A stretch of DNA of 64,000 bases, from positions 2,592,001 through 2,656,000 of the forward strand of contig OZ220741.1 of assembly GCA_965116885.1 (NCBI GenBank), given 5' to 3'. A program made the translations under genes and the position numbers. The notes under the pieces were generated by a model that saw only the letters and a program-made list of their open reading frames with translations, was not told the origin of the DNA and did not search any database. Source of the DNA: Candidatus Latescibacterota bacterium (lineage in GTDB: Bacteria; Latescibacterota; UBA2968). Positions 19,199-27,919 of this stretch are shown in pieces (positions within the stretch are counted from its first letter, which is position 1; each line of letters begins with the position of its first letter).

Positions 19199-19253
19199 TT
19201 TTTTTAGATCAGGTGGCAAAAATTTCGTATGTGCAAGCCTTTCAACATCGCTT

Positions 19254-20033
19254 TCACTCCTCGCGTGGCGCGCCAGCCACTTGTAATGAAGTGCCGAGCA
19301 TTTGATTGTGTTTTATATCGGGATATTCCTGCCATTGTCGCCCGTCCAGTGTGTTGCCCCCAGCCTTGGGCGTGCGTCCTCCCCACTGCTTAAAGAAGAA
19401 AGCGACGTTTTGCGCCTGGCATTGATCGCGCAATTCACGCAACCACTCTATTTTGACCGGACGCGCTCCTGGTCCACTCTCCCCTCCAGCAATTACCCAA
19501 TGAATGTCCGTAAGATCCAACGAACCAAGCGCGTCGAGCAATGGCTCGAATGAAACAAAGCGCGTTGAGGCGTTGGTCTGTTTCAAGTGCCGCAGGCGCG
19601 TCATGGCTGCCGCGTTTTCGATGGAGACTCCGAGCCAGATATGTGGTGGAGCAGGCAGGTTCTCATAGCGTTGACGGACAAAATCGCGCATCAGTGAACT
19701 GCGCTTGGTCAGTACTTGATAGATGTGCCAATCCGCATGCTCCATTGTATCAAATACGCGATGGATGTACTGAGTTGGTATGTCCTTGTGGAACAGGTCG
19801 CTCATCGAATTGACAAAGATGAGTTGCGGACGCCGCCAGTGCCTGGGTTGCTCAAGGCGTTTGGGACGAAGCGTGAGATCAAAACCCGTCTCAAAGGGGT
19901 TGCCCTTAACGCCGCGGAAACGCTCCGATAATCGTTCGGCATAGCAATGATCGCAACCCGCACTCACTTTTGTGCAGCCAGTGACCGGGTTCCATGTGCT
20001 GTTGGTCCACTCAATAGTGCTTTTACGCGACAT
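19254..20033 (-). CDS. DUF5131 / phage Gp37-Gp68 family protein (radical-SAM-like three-Cys motif)
   Basis: IEWTNSTWNPVTGCTKVSAGCDHCYA, NSMSDLFH, LTKR, SFEPLL, GGESG, FFFKQWGG. Confidence 0.93.
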   Translation of the reverse strand: MSRKSTIEWTNSTWNPVTGCTKVSAGCDHCYAERLSERFRGVKGNPFETGFDLTLRPKRLEQPRHWRRPQLIFVNSMSDLFHKDIPTQYIHRVFDTMEHADWHIYQVLTKRSSLMRDFVRQRYENLPAPPHIWLGVSIENAAAMTRLRHLKQTNASTRFVSFEPLLDALGSLDLTDIHWVIAGGESGPGARPVKIEWLRELRDQCQAQNVAFFFKQWGGRTPKAGGNTLDGRQWQEYPDIKHNQMLGTSLQVAGAPREE

Positions 20034-20220
20034 GTAATTCCCCTATGTGCCACTTGAAGCTTCTAAAGATTACTGCACATAAGTATAGTTTGTTCTTGCC
20101 GAAAGAGCAAGTATGTGGTATTTTCTCTCAAAAAAAGATAGGTTATATTCGGCTTATGATACTCAGCTAATGTGATGATGAGCCGAAGTCCCGCCGGTTA
20201 GGCAAATTAGTCTTACGACC

Positions 20221-20249
20221 TTGACAAATTGTCAATCTCAATCTAATTA
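20221..20249 (+). promoter_or_regulatory. Putative sigma70 promoter of the RM operon overlapped by palindrome TTGACA-AAT-TGTCAA
   Basis: TTGACA, 17 bp, TAATTA; inverted repeat covers the -35 box. Confidence 0.55.
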
Positions 20250-20287
20250 TATATGTCAACCTTTAATTGTACATTGGAGGTGGTTGC

Positions 20288-21376
20288 ATGAGTGAATCTC
20301 TTAATCAAGAGGTGTACAACCGCGATGGCAGTCTATTCAATGCACAAGTGTTTGATCTATTTTGCAGTATTGGAGGTTTGACCTATGGGCTAAAAAGGGC
20401 TGGAATTGAGGTCAACGCAGGGCTGGATATTGATGGTTCGTGCCGTTACGCTTATGAAAATAACTGCGAAGCGACTTTTATTGAAGCAGATATTAGGGAA
20501 ATCTCTTTTGCTGATATTTCAGGGTATTTTAACGATGCGGAATATCGCGTGCTTGTCGGTTGCGCGCCCTGTCAACCTTTCTCCAGCCACACGGCCAAAA
20601 TGAAGTCTATTGAGTCGGATTCGAGGTGGAATCTGATTGATGAATTTCTGAGAATAATTCTTGAAGGCAGGCCAGAGATTATCTCAATGGAGAATGTGCC
20701 TCAACTCATGGATAAACCGATTTACAATAAGTTTAAGCGCGAATTAGCCGATGCAGGGTATAGTGTTTCTGATGGGGTTATATCCTGTGCCGATTTCGGG
20801 GTTCCGCAAAGTCGAAGCCGTTTGGTTATGCTGGGATCTTTGTTGGGCAGAATTGATATGCCGAAATCCGGTGCCCAAAAGTCCAAAACGGTTAGACAAG
20901 CAATTGGACACCTCGCACCTCTTAAGCACGGGCAATCAAGCGAGACCGATCCTTTGCATGTTTGTTCTCGATTAGAGCCAATAAACTTGGAACGCATCCG
21001 GCGCTCTAAGCCCGGTGGGACTTGGCGAGATTGGCCTACTGAACTATTGCCAGATTGCTATAAGAAAGCCAGCGGCTTAAGCTATGGGAGCGTTTACGGA
21101 CGTATGCAGTGGGACATGCCAGCACCTACGCTGACCACGCAATTTTATCGCTATGGAACCGGACGCTATGGGCATCCAGAACAAGACAGAGCTTTGAGCT
21201 TGAGAGAAGGTGCAATTCTCCAAACTTTTCCAGGGCGATATCAGTTTGTTGCTCCCGGTGAAAAAGCGTCATTTTCGAGAATTGGTCGTCAAATCGGCAA
21301 TGCTGTTCCGCCATCTTTGGCTTATGCTATTGGGAAAGCAATTACAGGTCATTTGAAAAAACATGCCCCTGAATGA
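20288..21376 (+). CDS. C5 cytosine DNA methyltransferase
   Basis: DLFCSIGG motif I, GCAPCQPFS motif IV, ENV motif VI, QSRSR motif VIII, GNAVPP motif X. Confidence 0.95.
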   Translation: MSESLNQEVYNRDGSLFNAQVFDLFCSIGGLTYGLKRAGIEVNAGLDIDGSCRYAYENNCEATFIEADIREISFADISGYFNDAEYRVLVGCAPCQPFSSHTAKMKSIESDSRWNLIDEFLRIILEGRPEIISMENVPQLMDKPIYNKFKRELADAGYSVSDGVISCADFGVPQSRSRLVMLGSLLGRIDMPKSGAQKSKTVRQAIGHLAPLKHGQSSETDPLHVCSRLEPINLERIRRSKPGGTWRDWPTELLPDCYKKASGLSYGSVYGRMQWDMPAPTLTTQFYRYGTGRYGHPEQDRALSLREGAILQTFPGRYQFVAPGEKASFSRIGRQIGNAVPPSLAYAIGKAITGHLKKHAPE

Positions 21377-21401
21377 TTTAATCAGGGGAGGACTGAAAGA
21401 C

Positions 21402-23375
21402 ATGCCTGAAAAATACACTCTGGACATTGATTTAAATGTACTCAATCATTTGGGATTGAACCTGTATAGCAATGTCCCTGCGGTCCTATCTGAACTAATT
21501 GCCAATGCTTGGGATGCCGATGCTTCTCGGGTAGATGTATCTGTAAAAGAACAGGGTGAAGATAAAAGAATTATCATTCAAGACAATGGCTGTGGGATGA
21601 ATGATGCAGATTTACGTAAGAAATTTCTAACCGTTGGTTATCAACGCCGGAGCACAGGAAGTGGTGATCAAACACCGGGCAAAGGACGGCCCGTTATGGG
21701 AAGAAAGGGCATTGGTAAGCTGTCAGTCTTGTCTATTGCTCGGAAAGTCTATGTCTATACAAAAAAAGAGGGCACCGACCCTCTGGCAATTGAGTTAGAA
21801 GTTGAAAGAATTCAAGAGGCAATTCGAAGAAAACAAAAATACCATCCCCCTGTTATAAATGTGCCAGAGGATATTAATCTTGGAAGTTCTGGTACCGTAC
21901 TCGTTCTGAGCGATCTTAAGAAAAGGGTTAATGCATCGCTTGACACCTATCTGCGTCAGCGCGTAGCTCGTCGTTTTTCGATTATTTCCAAAGACTTTCA
22001 AGTGTTTGTTAATGATGATGAGATAACAATAAATGACAGGAACTATTTCGGAAAACTGGAATATGCATTGGTGTACGGCGATTTTGAAAAGTCCAATTTT
22101 AAGCAAGCTGAGAGATATGTGGTTCAACGAGAGGAAAACACAGTAGATGAGCAAGGGCAATATTCTGTCCGTGGCTGGATTGGCTTGGTCAAAGAATCAG
22201 GAGCATTGCAGGATGGCGCGGATAATTTGAACAAAATATCCATACTCGCCAGGGGGAAGGTTGCCTTGGAAGATATTCTGGATTCCTATCGAGAAGGTGG
22301 CTTATATACAAAATATGTTATAGGCGAGTTGGAGGCCGACTTCCTTGATTTAACAGAGAAAGACGATATTGCCACATCCAGCAGACAGGATTTTATTCAG
22401 AGCGATGAACGATTTGTTCAATTGAGGGAATTTGTCGAACAGGAACTAAAATATTTGGCAAACGCACGAGTAAAACTAAAGGATGAAGAAGGGGCGAAGA
22501 AAGCCAGTGAAATCCCTGCTGTCAAGGAATGGTACGAGTCATTACAGGGAGATACTAAAACATCCGCCCAAAAACTATTCGGCAGAATTAACCAAATAGC
22601 AACCGACGAAGACCACAGAAAAACGCTTTATAAACATGGGGTTTTGGCGTTTGAACACTTGCACCATAAGGAAAAACTAAACGAACTGGAACAGCTTGAT
22701 ATCAACAATCTTGAGGTTGCTGTAAAGCTCTTTTCCGAGTTAGATGATATAGAAGCATCGTGGTATTACCAGATTACGGAAGGTCGTTTAGATATAATTA
22801 AAAAATTGTCTGATCACATTGATGATGATGTGCTGGAGAAAGTTATACAACGTCATATTTATAATCATCTCTGGCTATTGGACCCATCGTGGGATAGAGC
22901 TACGGAAACCCCCACATTAGAACAGTCTGTTACTACGGAGTTTAAGAAAATTTCCGACAAATTGACCCCTGAAGAAAAACAGGGGCGTCTGGATATTAGA
23001 TACAAGAAAACATCGGGTAAGCATGTGATTATTGAGTTGAAAAGAGGATCTGTTAGGACTTCTACGGGTGCTCTCATAGACCAAGTCAAGAAATACATAC
23101 GAGCATTGAGGAAACAGTTACGGGAAGCAAGGGAAAGTGAATCTATAGAGGCGATTTGTCTGGTCGGAAAAGAACTCAGTGATTGGGAAGATTTAGAAAG
23201 CCGACAAGAGTCGGAACGATCTTTGGAAGCAATGCATATCCGCGTAATTACCTATCAGCAACTGATCCGCGATGCCGAAGCAAGCTACCAACAGTATCTC
23301 GAAAAGAAAAAAGATAAAGGCAGGATTAAAAAGATATTAGATGAGATTGAAACCTTTGATAGCTCTACATTCTGA
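21402..23375 (+). CDS. GHKL (MORC/Hsp90-like) ATPase with C-terminal PD-(D/E)XK nuclease, HgiDII/BbrUII-like restriction enzyme
   Basis: ELIANAWDADA, DNGCGM, GRKGIGK GHKL motifs; RLDI...IIELKR nuclease motif; directly after a C5 MTase. Confidence 0.85.
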   Translation: MPEKYTLDIDLNVLNHLGLNLYSNVPAVLSELIANAWDADASRVDVSVKEQGEDKRIIIQDNGCGMNDADLRKKFLTVGYQRRSTGSGDQTPGKGRPVMGRKGIGKLSVLSIARKVYVYTKKEGTDPLAIELEVERIQEAIRRKQKYHPPVINVPEDINLGSSGTVLVLSDLKKRVNASLDTYLRQRVARRFSIISKDFQVFVNDDEITINDRNYFGKLEYALVYGDFEKSNFKQAERYVVQREENTVDEQGQYSVRGWIGLVKESGALQDGADNLNKISILARGKVALEDILDSYREGGLYTKYVIGELEADFLDLTEKDDIATSSRQDFIQSDERFVQLREFVEQELKYLANARVKLKDEEGAKKASEIPAVKEWYESLQGDTKTSAQKLFGRINQIATDEDHRKTLYKHGVLAFEHLHHKEKLNELEQLDINNLEVAVKLFSELDDIEASWYYQITEGRLDIIKKLSDHIDDDVLEKVIQRHIYNHLWLLDPSWDRATETPTLEQSVTTEFKKISDKLTPEEKQGRLDIRYKKTSGKHVIIELKRGSVRTSTGALIDQVKKYIRALRKQLREARESESIEAICLVGKELSDWEDLESRQESERSLEAMHIRVITYQQLIRDAEASYQQYLEKKKDKGRIKKILDEIETFDSSTF

Positions 23376-23453
23376 CCTCTCCACCCCATTCGACCGTCAC
23401 TTAATCCGCGATTCAGATAGTATTCCCTTCACCTCACATCCTTCCCGTGCATC

Positions 23454-23570
23454 TCACATCTTCTTTTTCAATTGCTCAAACTTCCGATTCGCATCCATCA
23501 CTACCTTTTCAGCTTCAATTCCGGCGACAATGGCTTGTTGAGTTTCGCGTGGCGGCAGGGCGATCTTTAC
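23454..23570 (-). pseudogene. Remnant of HsdS-like / Type I-IIG specificity-subunit C-terminus
   Basis: Translates VKIALPPRETQQAIVAGIEAEKVVMDANRKFEQLKKKM*, resembling the IPLPP..Q..IV..IE helix of HsdS; in-frame stop a few codons upstream. Confidence 0.65.
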
Positions 23571-23607
23571 GCGGTACTTATCTGTCAACCGTCAAGACTG
23601 TGTAGGG

Positions 23608-24534
23608 TTATGGGGACGAATTCCGAAAGCTCACGAAGCGATACTCCAGGAAATCACGAGACGGCCAATCTTCTCGTTCTCTTGGAAGCCGGAGTTGCGT
23701 TCCATCAAGGTCTTTGATAGCTGCCAGCAAGTCGCCATCTTCTTGATCGTGCAACTGCGACGATACCTGGACTCGGAAATCGGGGTCAATACCGATCAAG
23801 TGCCGATCAAAGGCGAGATGGTGCAGTGCAGACATGCAGATCCCATTCTGAATCGAAGGAGGGCCACCTTCGGCATCGGGTACAATATGGGCACCGACCA
23901 GCAATTCGCGTACCGGTAATCCGCTAAATGCACATCTCCATTGGTATGCCGTTTTAATACGAAAGCTAAACTTGGCTTGGTGGATTCTGGTGCGTGTCAT
24001 TGTCTGGGAATAGGAAGCTACAATGCTATCTCGTATTATGTTAGATGATCTGACTCCGGGAACCTCAAAGTCGTCTGTCGTCAGTAGCACGTATCCTTCT
24101 TCCTGCTTGAACTCTTTGATCCAGATCGGAAATATCGGCAGATACGTGGCTGGCGCAAGCCCCATAAAGTAGATAAGCGGTGCGCCTCGCCGCCTTGCGG
24201 CTAACAGTGCCTGATTGGTTGGGTTATTCGGTCCGCCGTGTGCGAGGTCATAACGAATCAGGCCGGTATCGTAGTCCAGGTTTGAATCGAGATCCTGATC
24301 GCGATACCATCGCGACCTTCCGATGCGAGGGACTGTCGTCTTGATGCTGAGAGCGGCACTCATCTGCTTCGGCTTGAAGATACCTGTCACCTTGTTGGCA
24401 AACAGCACACGTTCGCCGCCCACCTGGAAACCTGTCCTTATTGCCTCCCAGGGAACCTGCTCGCCCCACTGACGCGAAATTTTTTCAATGGCGGCTAATG
24501 CTGCAGCGCGAATATGTTTATCTGGATCGGTCAT
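23608..24534 (-). CDS. HNH endonuclease (putative restriction endonuclease) with N-terminal recognition domain
   Basis: RIHQAKF, AYQWRCAFSG, GAHIVPD, NGICMSALHHLAFD. Confidence 0.88.
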   Translation of the reverse strand: MTDPDKHIRAAALAAIEKISRQWGEQVPWEAIRTGFQVGGERVLFANKVTGIFKPKQMSAALSIKTTVPRIGRSRWYRDQDLDSNLDYDTGLIRYDLAHGGPNNPTNQALLAARRRGAPLIYFMGLAPATYLPIFPIWIKEFKQEEGYVLLTTDDFEVPGVRSSNIIRDSIVASYSQTMTRTRIHQAKFSFRIKTAYQWRCAFSGLPVRELLVGAHIVPDAEGGPPSIQNGICMSALHHLAFDRHLIGIDPDFRVQVSSQLHDQEDGDLLAAIKDLDGTQLRLPREREDWPSRDFLEYRFVSFRNSSP

Positions 24535-25406
24535 CTCTCACCCGATAACTCCGCATACTCAATTTCCAGTGGCTGGGTGATTCGGTTTGTTAATTCTATG
24601 AGATCTGGCCGGTTGGGTGGGAAATCTTTTTCCATCTTTCCATCGGGATACACGGTAACAGTGTCTATCCTTTTTATGAATCCCTTTTTGGCTGTCGCTC
24701 GATTGAACTGGAGGCCGTCTTTTGAAATTGCCATGCGAGTCTGTAAAATGCGTCCCTCGCCGATAATGCGAAAAAGAAAGCCCAGGATGCCGGATGTTGG
24801 GCGGCCTGTAAGCCCGTTGATCTCGTCATAGGCAACCCAATTTCCAAAATCCAGCAGTCGATAGGACATCACCCGCCGATTGGTTACTTTGAGATTTGGG
24901 GTCGAAAGCGTATCCATGTACGAATACCGATCCGGCTTGCCGGGCTGGTCTTCCCACCAGATTCGTACATTTACTGCCAGTTCTGGCGTTGGGGCTTCCA
25001 CTATCTCGCGGATGACGCGATCTATTCGATAATCTACTTCCATATTCTGTTTGTGTTGATAGGATAACTGCGCGTATTGGGGCATCGCGTCTTCCGGGCG
25101 TGCGGTCACTTCCATAAATGCCCGAAACCAGTTTTCGTACCCGATAAATAGCGGCAGTCCCTGCGGGTCGCGCGCCCTTGCCTTCTGTGCGAGATAAAGG
25201 ATCATCTCCCCCTGAAACCGCACACCATTGGTCGTTGCTGTCGGGTCGTAATTGCCACACTGCCGCATTGCCTCTACGATCTCTGCCCGACTCACCACCT
25301 GATACCCCGGACGCACGCCGTCTGCACATGCTGGTCGATCCAAAAAAAAGAAAAAACAAAGGAGGGTTGCGATTCTCAACCCTCCTTTGTTGTGAAAGCT
25401 CGTCAT
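24531..25406 (-). CDS. Hypothetical exported protein
   Basis: 291 aa ORF with N-terminal hydrophobic signal-like stretch; ATGA overlap with HNH gene. Confidence 0.65.
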   Translation of the reverse strand: MTSFHNKGGLRIATLLCFFFFLDRPACADGVRPGYQVVSRAEIVEAMRQCGNYDPTATTNGVRFQGEMILYLAQKARARDPQGLPLFIGYENWFRAFMEVTARPEDAMPQYAQLSYQHKQNMEVDYRIDRVIREIVEAPTPELAVNVRIWWEDQPGKPDRYSYMDTLSTPNLKVTNRRVMSYRLLDFGNWVAYDEINGLTGRPTSGILGFLFRIIGEGRILQTRMAISKDGLQFNRATAKKGFIKRIDTVTVYPDGKMEKDFPPNRPDLIELTNRITQPLEIEYAELSGER

Positions 25407-25426
25407 ATTATCCCTCGCTACGCGGT

Positions 25427-26281
25427 CTAATTTTTCAATACAATGAGGATGCGCTGACCGACGAGCAGGGGGTCGGAAAAGGAGATGGTGAGGGTTTTGG
25501 CTTCTTTATCCTCGCTGAGTGTGTATTCTTTGTCTTTGCTCAGTTTGCCATGGTCGTCGCATACGGCGGCGAGTTCGCCCTGTACAGTAATGGTTTCTCC
25601 AATGGCAACTTTTTTAACGTCGGTGTTGTCAACGTCGGGGAAATTTATAATTTTGTAGTTTTTGCGAATCCTTCGCCAGGTATGGAGATACCCCTGTTCT
25701 TTCAGATTATCTTCGACGCCGACATAGACGAGGACTGAACTGATAATTTCCTCGGCATCCTTAAGGTCTTCTTTGGTGACCTGGAGGTCTTCTTTGGTAA
25801 CCTTAAGGTCTTCCTGGGTGACCTTAAGATCTTCCTGGGTAGCCTGAAGGTCCTTATGAGCTTTTTCGAGGGCTTCTGTTACGCGTTGAAGGCGATTGGT
25901 TTGCTCGAAGAGGCTGTTGCGGAGGCTGTCGCGTGCGGCTGCCACCTGTTCGAGATCACCTCTCAGAGTGGTGGTGAGACGCCGGTATTCTTTCATCTCA
26001 TTGGTAAGGCGGTGGAGGGTGGTCAGCAAAACTTTATTTGATGTGCTGGTACTATCCATTTGTGCACGCACAGAATCGATGCGGACATTTAGTCCCTCGA
26101 CCACCATATTTAGAGAGTCTATCAGTGCTTCATCGCGTTTGGCTTCTTCCTCTATTTGCATGACGTAGGGACTTTCTTTAATAATCTCCTCTTCGCTGGG
26201 CAAAAACGCGATGTACAAAAGAAGGGCTACTGCGATGGCTGCAATGCCAATTACCAGGATGATTTGCTTGTTGTTCTGCAT
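25427..26281 (-). CDS. Membrane-anchored coiled-coil hypothetical protein
   Basis: N-terminal TM helix, long coiled coil with heptad repeats, GGAGG RBS. Confidence 0.75.
   Translation of the reverse strand: MQNNKQIILVIGIAAIAVALLLYIAFLPSEEEIIKESPYVMQIEEEAKRDEALIDSLNMVVEGLNVRIDSVRAQMDSTSTSNKVLLTTLHRLTNEMKEYRRLTTTLRGDLEQVAAARDSLRNSLFEQTNRLQRVTEALEKAHKDLQATQEDLKVTQEDLKVTKEDLQVTKEDLKDAEEIISSVLVYVGVEDNLKEQGYLHTWRRIRKNYKIINFPDVDNTDVKKVAIGETITVQGELAAVCDDHGKLSKDKEYTLSEDKEAKTLTISFSDPLLVGQRILIVLKN
25759..25855. repeat. Intragenic 21-bp tandem repeat (~4.6 copies)
   Basis: CCTTAAGGTCTTCYTKGGTRA-like units encoding DL(K/Q)(V/A)T(K/Q)E heptads. Confidence 0.85.
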
Positions 26282-26406
26282 GAGTACCTCCCAAAAGAGA
26301 CGGTTGCAAGAAATGAGGGCTGTGGGTGTTGGAGAGCAAGGGACTTTTTATGGGGCTGTCCCTGCTCTGAATTATTTGCGTGGTGAAACTGTGTGGTCCT
26401 CCCTTT

Positions 26407-27834
26407 TTATGGTGTTATTACGGTTTCGCGGTTGGGAAACCCGCCGCCCAATGCGAGGTGTAGGTCAATGCGCGTCTGGAGTCGTTGCTGGCGCACAACG
26501 AGCAATTGACTTTCGGTGAGGTAAGCCGTGTTGCGTGTTTGAAGCACGGTCAACAGGTCTGTAAGCCCTCTGTAATATCTATCTTCTGCCAATCGACGTG
26601 CTTCCCGCGCCTGTTCAGCGGCGGTTTCTAACGCGGTCTGGCGTTTTGCCAGATGCGCTTCTGCTGAGAGTGCATTTTCAACTTCGCTATATGCTTGCAA
26701 AACGGTTTGGGCAAATAGTGCGGCGGCTTCGTTTTCTCTGGCACTGGCCAGGTCGATATTGCCCTGTATGCGCCCGCCCTGAAAGAGGGGTTGTGTGAGG
26801 TTGCCGATCAGGCTCCACACGCTGAAGTCTCCATTGAGCAGGTTGCCCAATGCATCGCTGCTGGTTCCGCTTGACGCAGTCAGGCTGATGCGCGGATAAC
26901 GCAGGCGTTTGGCGGCTTTGTGATTGGCCTGAGACGCGGCAAATTGGCGTTCAACGGCAATGAGGTCGGGGCGTCGGGAAATGAGATCTGCCGGGAGGCC
27001 CGCGGGTACTGAATGTGGTACCTGGGGAAGGTTTTCGGCAATGGCGAATGTGCCTGAGGGATAGCGACCGATGAGTACTTCGAGTTGGCGAATGGTCATT
27101 TCATAGCGTTGTTCACGCTGGTGCAGGCGGTCTTGCGATAACGCGAGTTCGGATTTGCTCTGGCGCATGTCGAGTGAGGGCCGCACCCCCCGTTCGTAGC
27201 GCGTGCGTACCTGTTCGTGGTTGGTGAGGCTGTTTTCATACGTCGCCTGCGCGAGTTCGAGTTGGCGCCTGGCTTCGATGGTGGCAAACCACGCTTTGGC
27301 GGTTTGTGCTGCCAGTGACATGCGCGCCCCCCGATACATAGCCTGTGTTGCCTGATAGGTGGCTTGTGCAGCCGCAGCACTTGCGCCAAGCCGCCCCCAG
27401 AGGTCGATTTCCCACGCGGCACTTATGGAAACGCCATAGGTGGTGCTGGTGTTTGAGATTACCTCTCCAGGTGCCTGCCCGGGAATGGGAAATCCAATGA
27501 AGTTTTGTTTGCGTCTCAATCCCGAGGAGCCCGCGCTGATTTGCGGGTATAGCGGTGCGCCGGCCATTTTGGCCTGTGCGCGTGCGGCTTTGAGACGCGC
27601 TGCAGCAGCGTGCAGGTTGTGGTTGTATGCGAGTGCTTGGGCGATTAAACTGTCGAGACGGCTATCGTTAAATGCCGCCCACCAGAGGGTATCGGCAGGT
27701 GTTGTTGCGGCGGTTTCTGTTTGATAAGTTTGAGGTGGCTGAACCTGGGATTGTTGAACGCGAGGCGCAGACGCACAGGCGGTTATAAGTGCAAAGCAGA
27801 GTGCAAAGAAGTGCCATGTTGTGTGGGTACTCAT
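26407..27834 (-). CDS. TolC/NodT family efflux outer-membrane lipoprotein
   Basis: LITAC lipobox, WWAAFND, WEIDLWG, RRPDL, LHLALGGGF. Confidence 0.93.
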   Translation of the reverse strand: MSTHTTWHFFALCFALITACASAPRVQQSQVQPPQTYQTETAATTPADTLWWAAFNDSRLDSLIAQALAYNHNLHAAAARLKAARAQAKMAGAPLYPQISAGSSGLRRKQNFIGFPIPGQAPGEVISNTSTTYGVSISAAWEIDLWGRLGASAAAAQATYQATQAMYRGARMSLAAQTAKAWFATIEARRQLELAQATYENSLTNHEQVRTRYERGVRPSLDMRQSKSELALSQDRLHQREQRYEMTIRQLEVLIGRYPSGTFAIAENLPQVPHSVPAGLPADLISRRPDLIAVERQFAASQANHKAAKRLRYPRISLTASSGTSSDALGNLLNGDFSVWSLIGNLTQPLFQGGRIQGNIDLASARENEAAALFAQTVLQAYSEVENALSAEAHLAKRQTALETAAEQAREARRLAEDRYYRGLTDLLTVLQTRNTAYLTESQLLVVRQQRLQTRIDLHLALGGGFPNRETVITP

Positions 27835-27919
27835 TCTCGATCTCCTGAAAGAAGCTGACTTTATCATAAAGAAACTTTTATTTTTGTCAATATATATCGC
27901 AATCAGAGAGGATTAGATT

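Noticed and set aside
19254..20033. Prophage implied by the Gp37/Gp68 name
   Set aside because: No structural, terminase or integrase genes nearby.
26333..26368. Riboswitch upstream of the coiled-coil gene
   Set aside because: A single hairpin (GAGCAAGGGAC...GTCCCTGCTC) with no recognisable aptamer motif.
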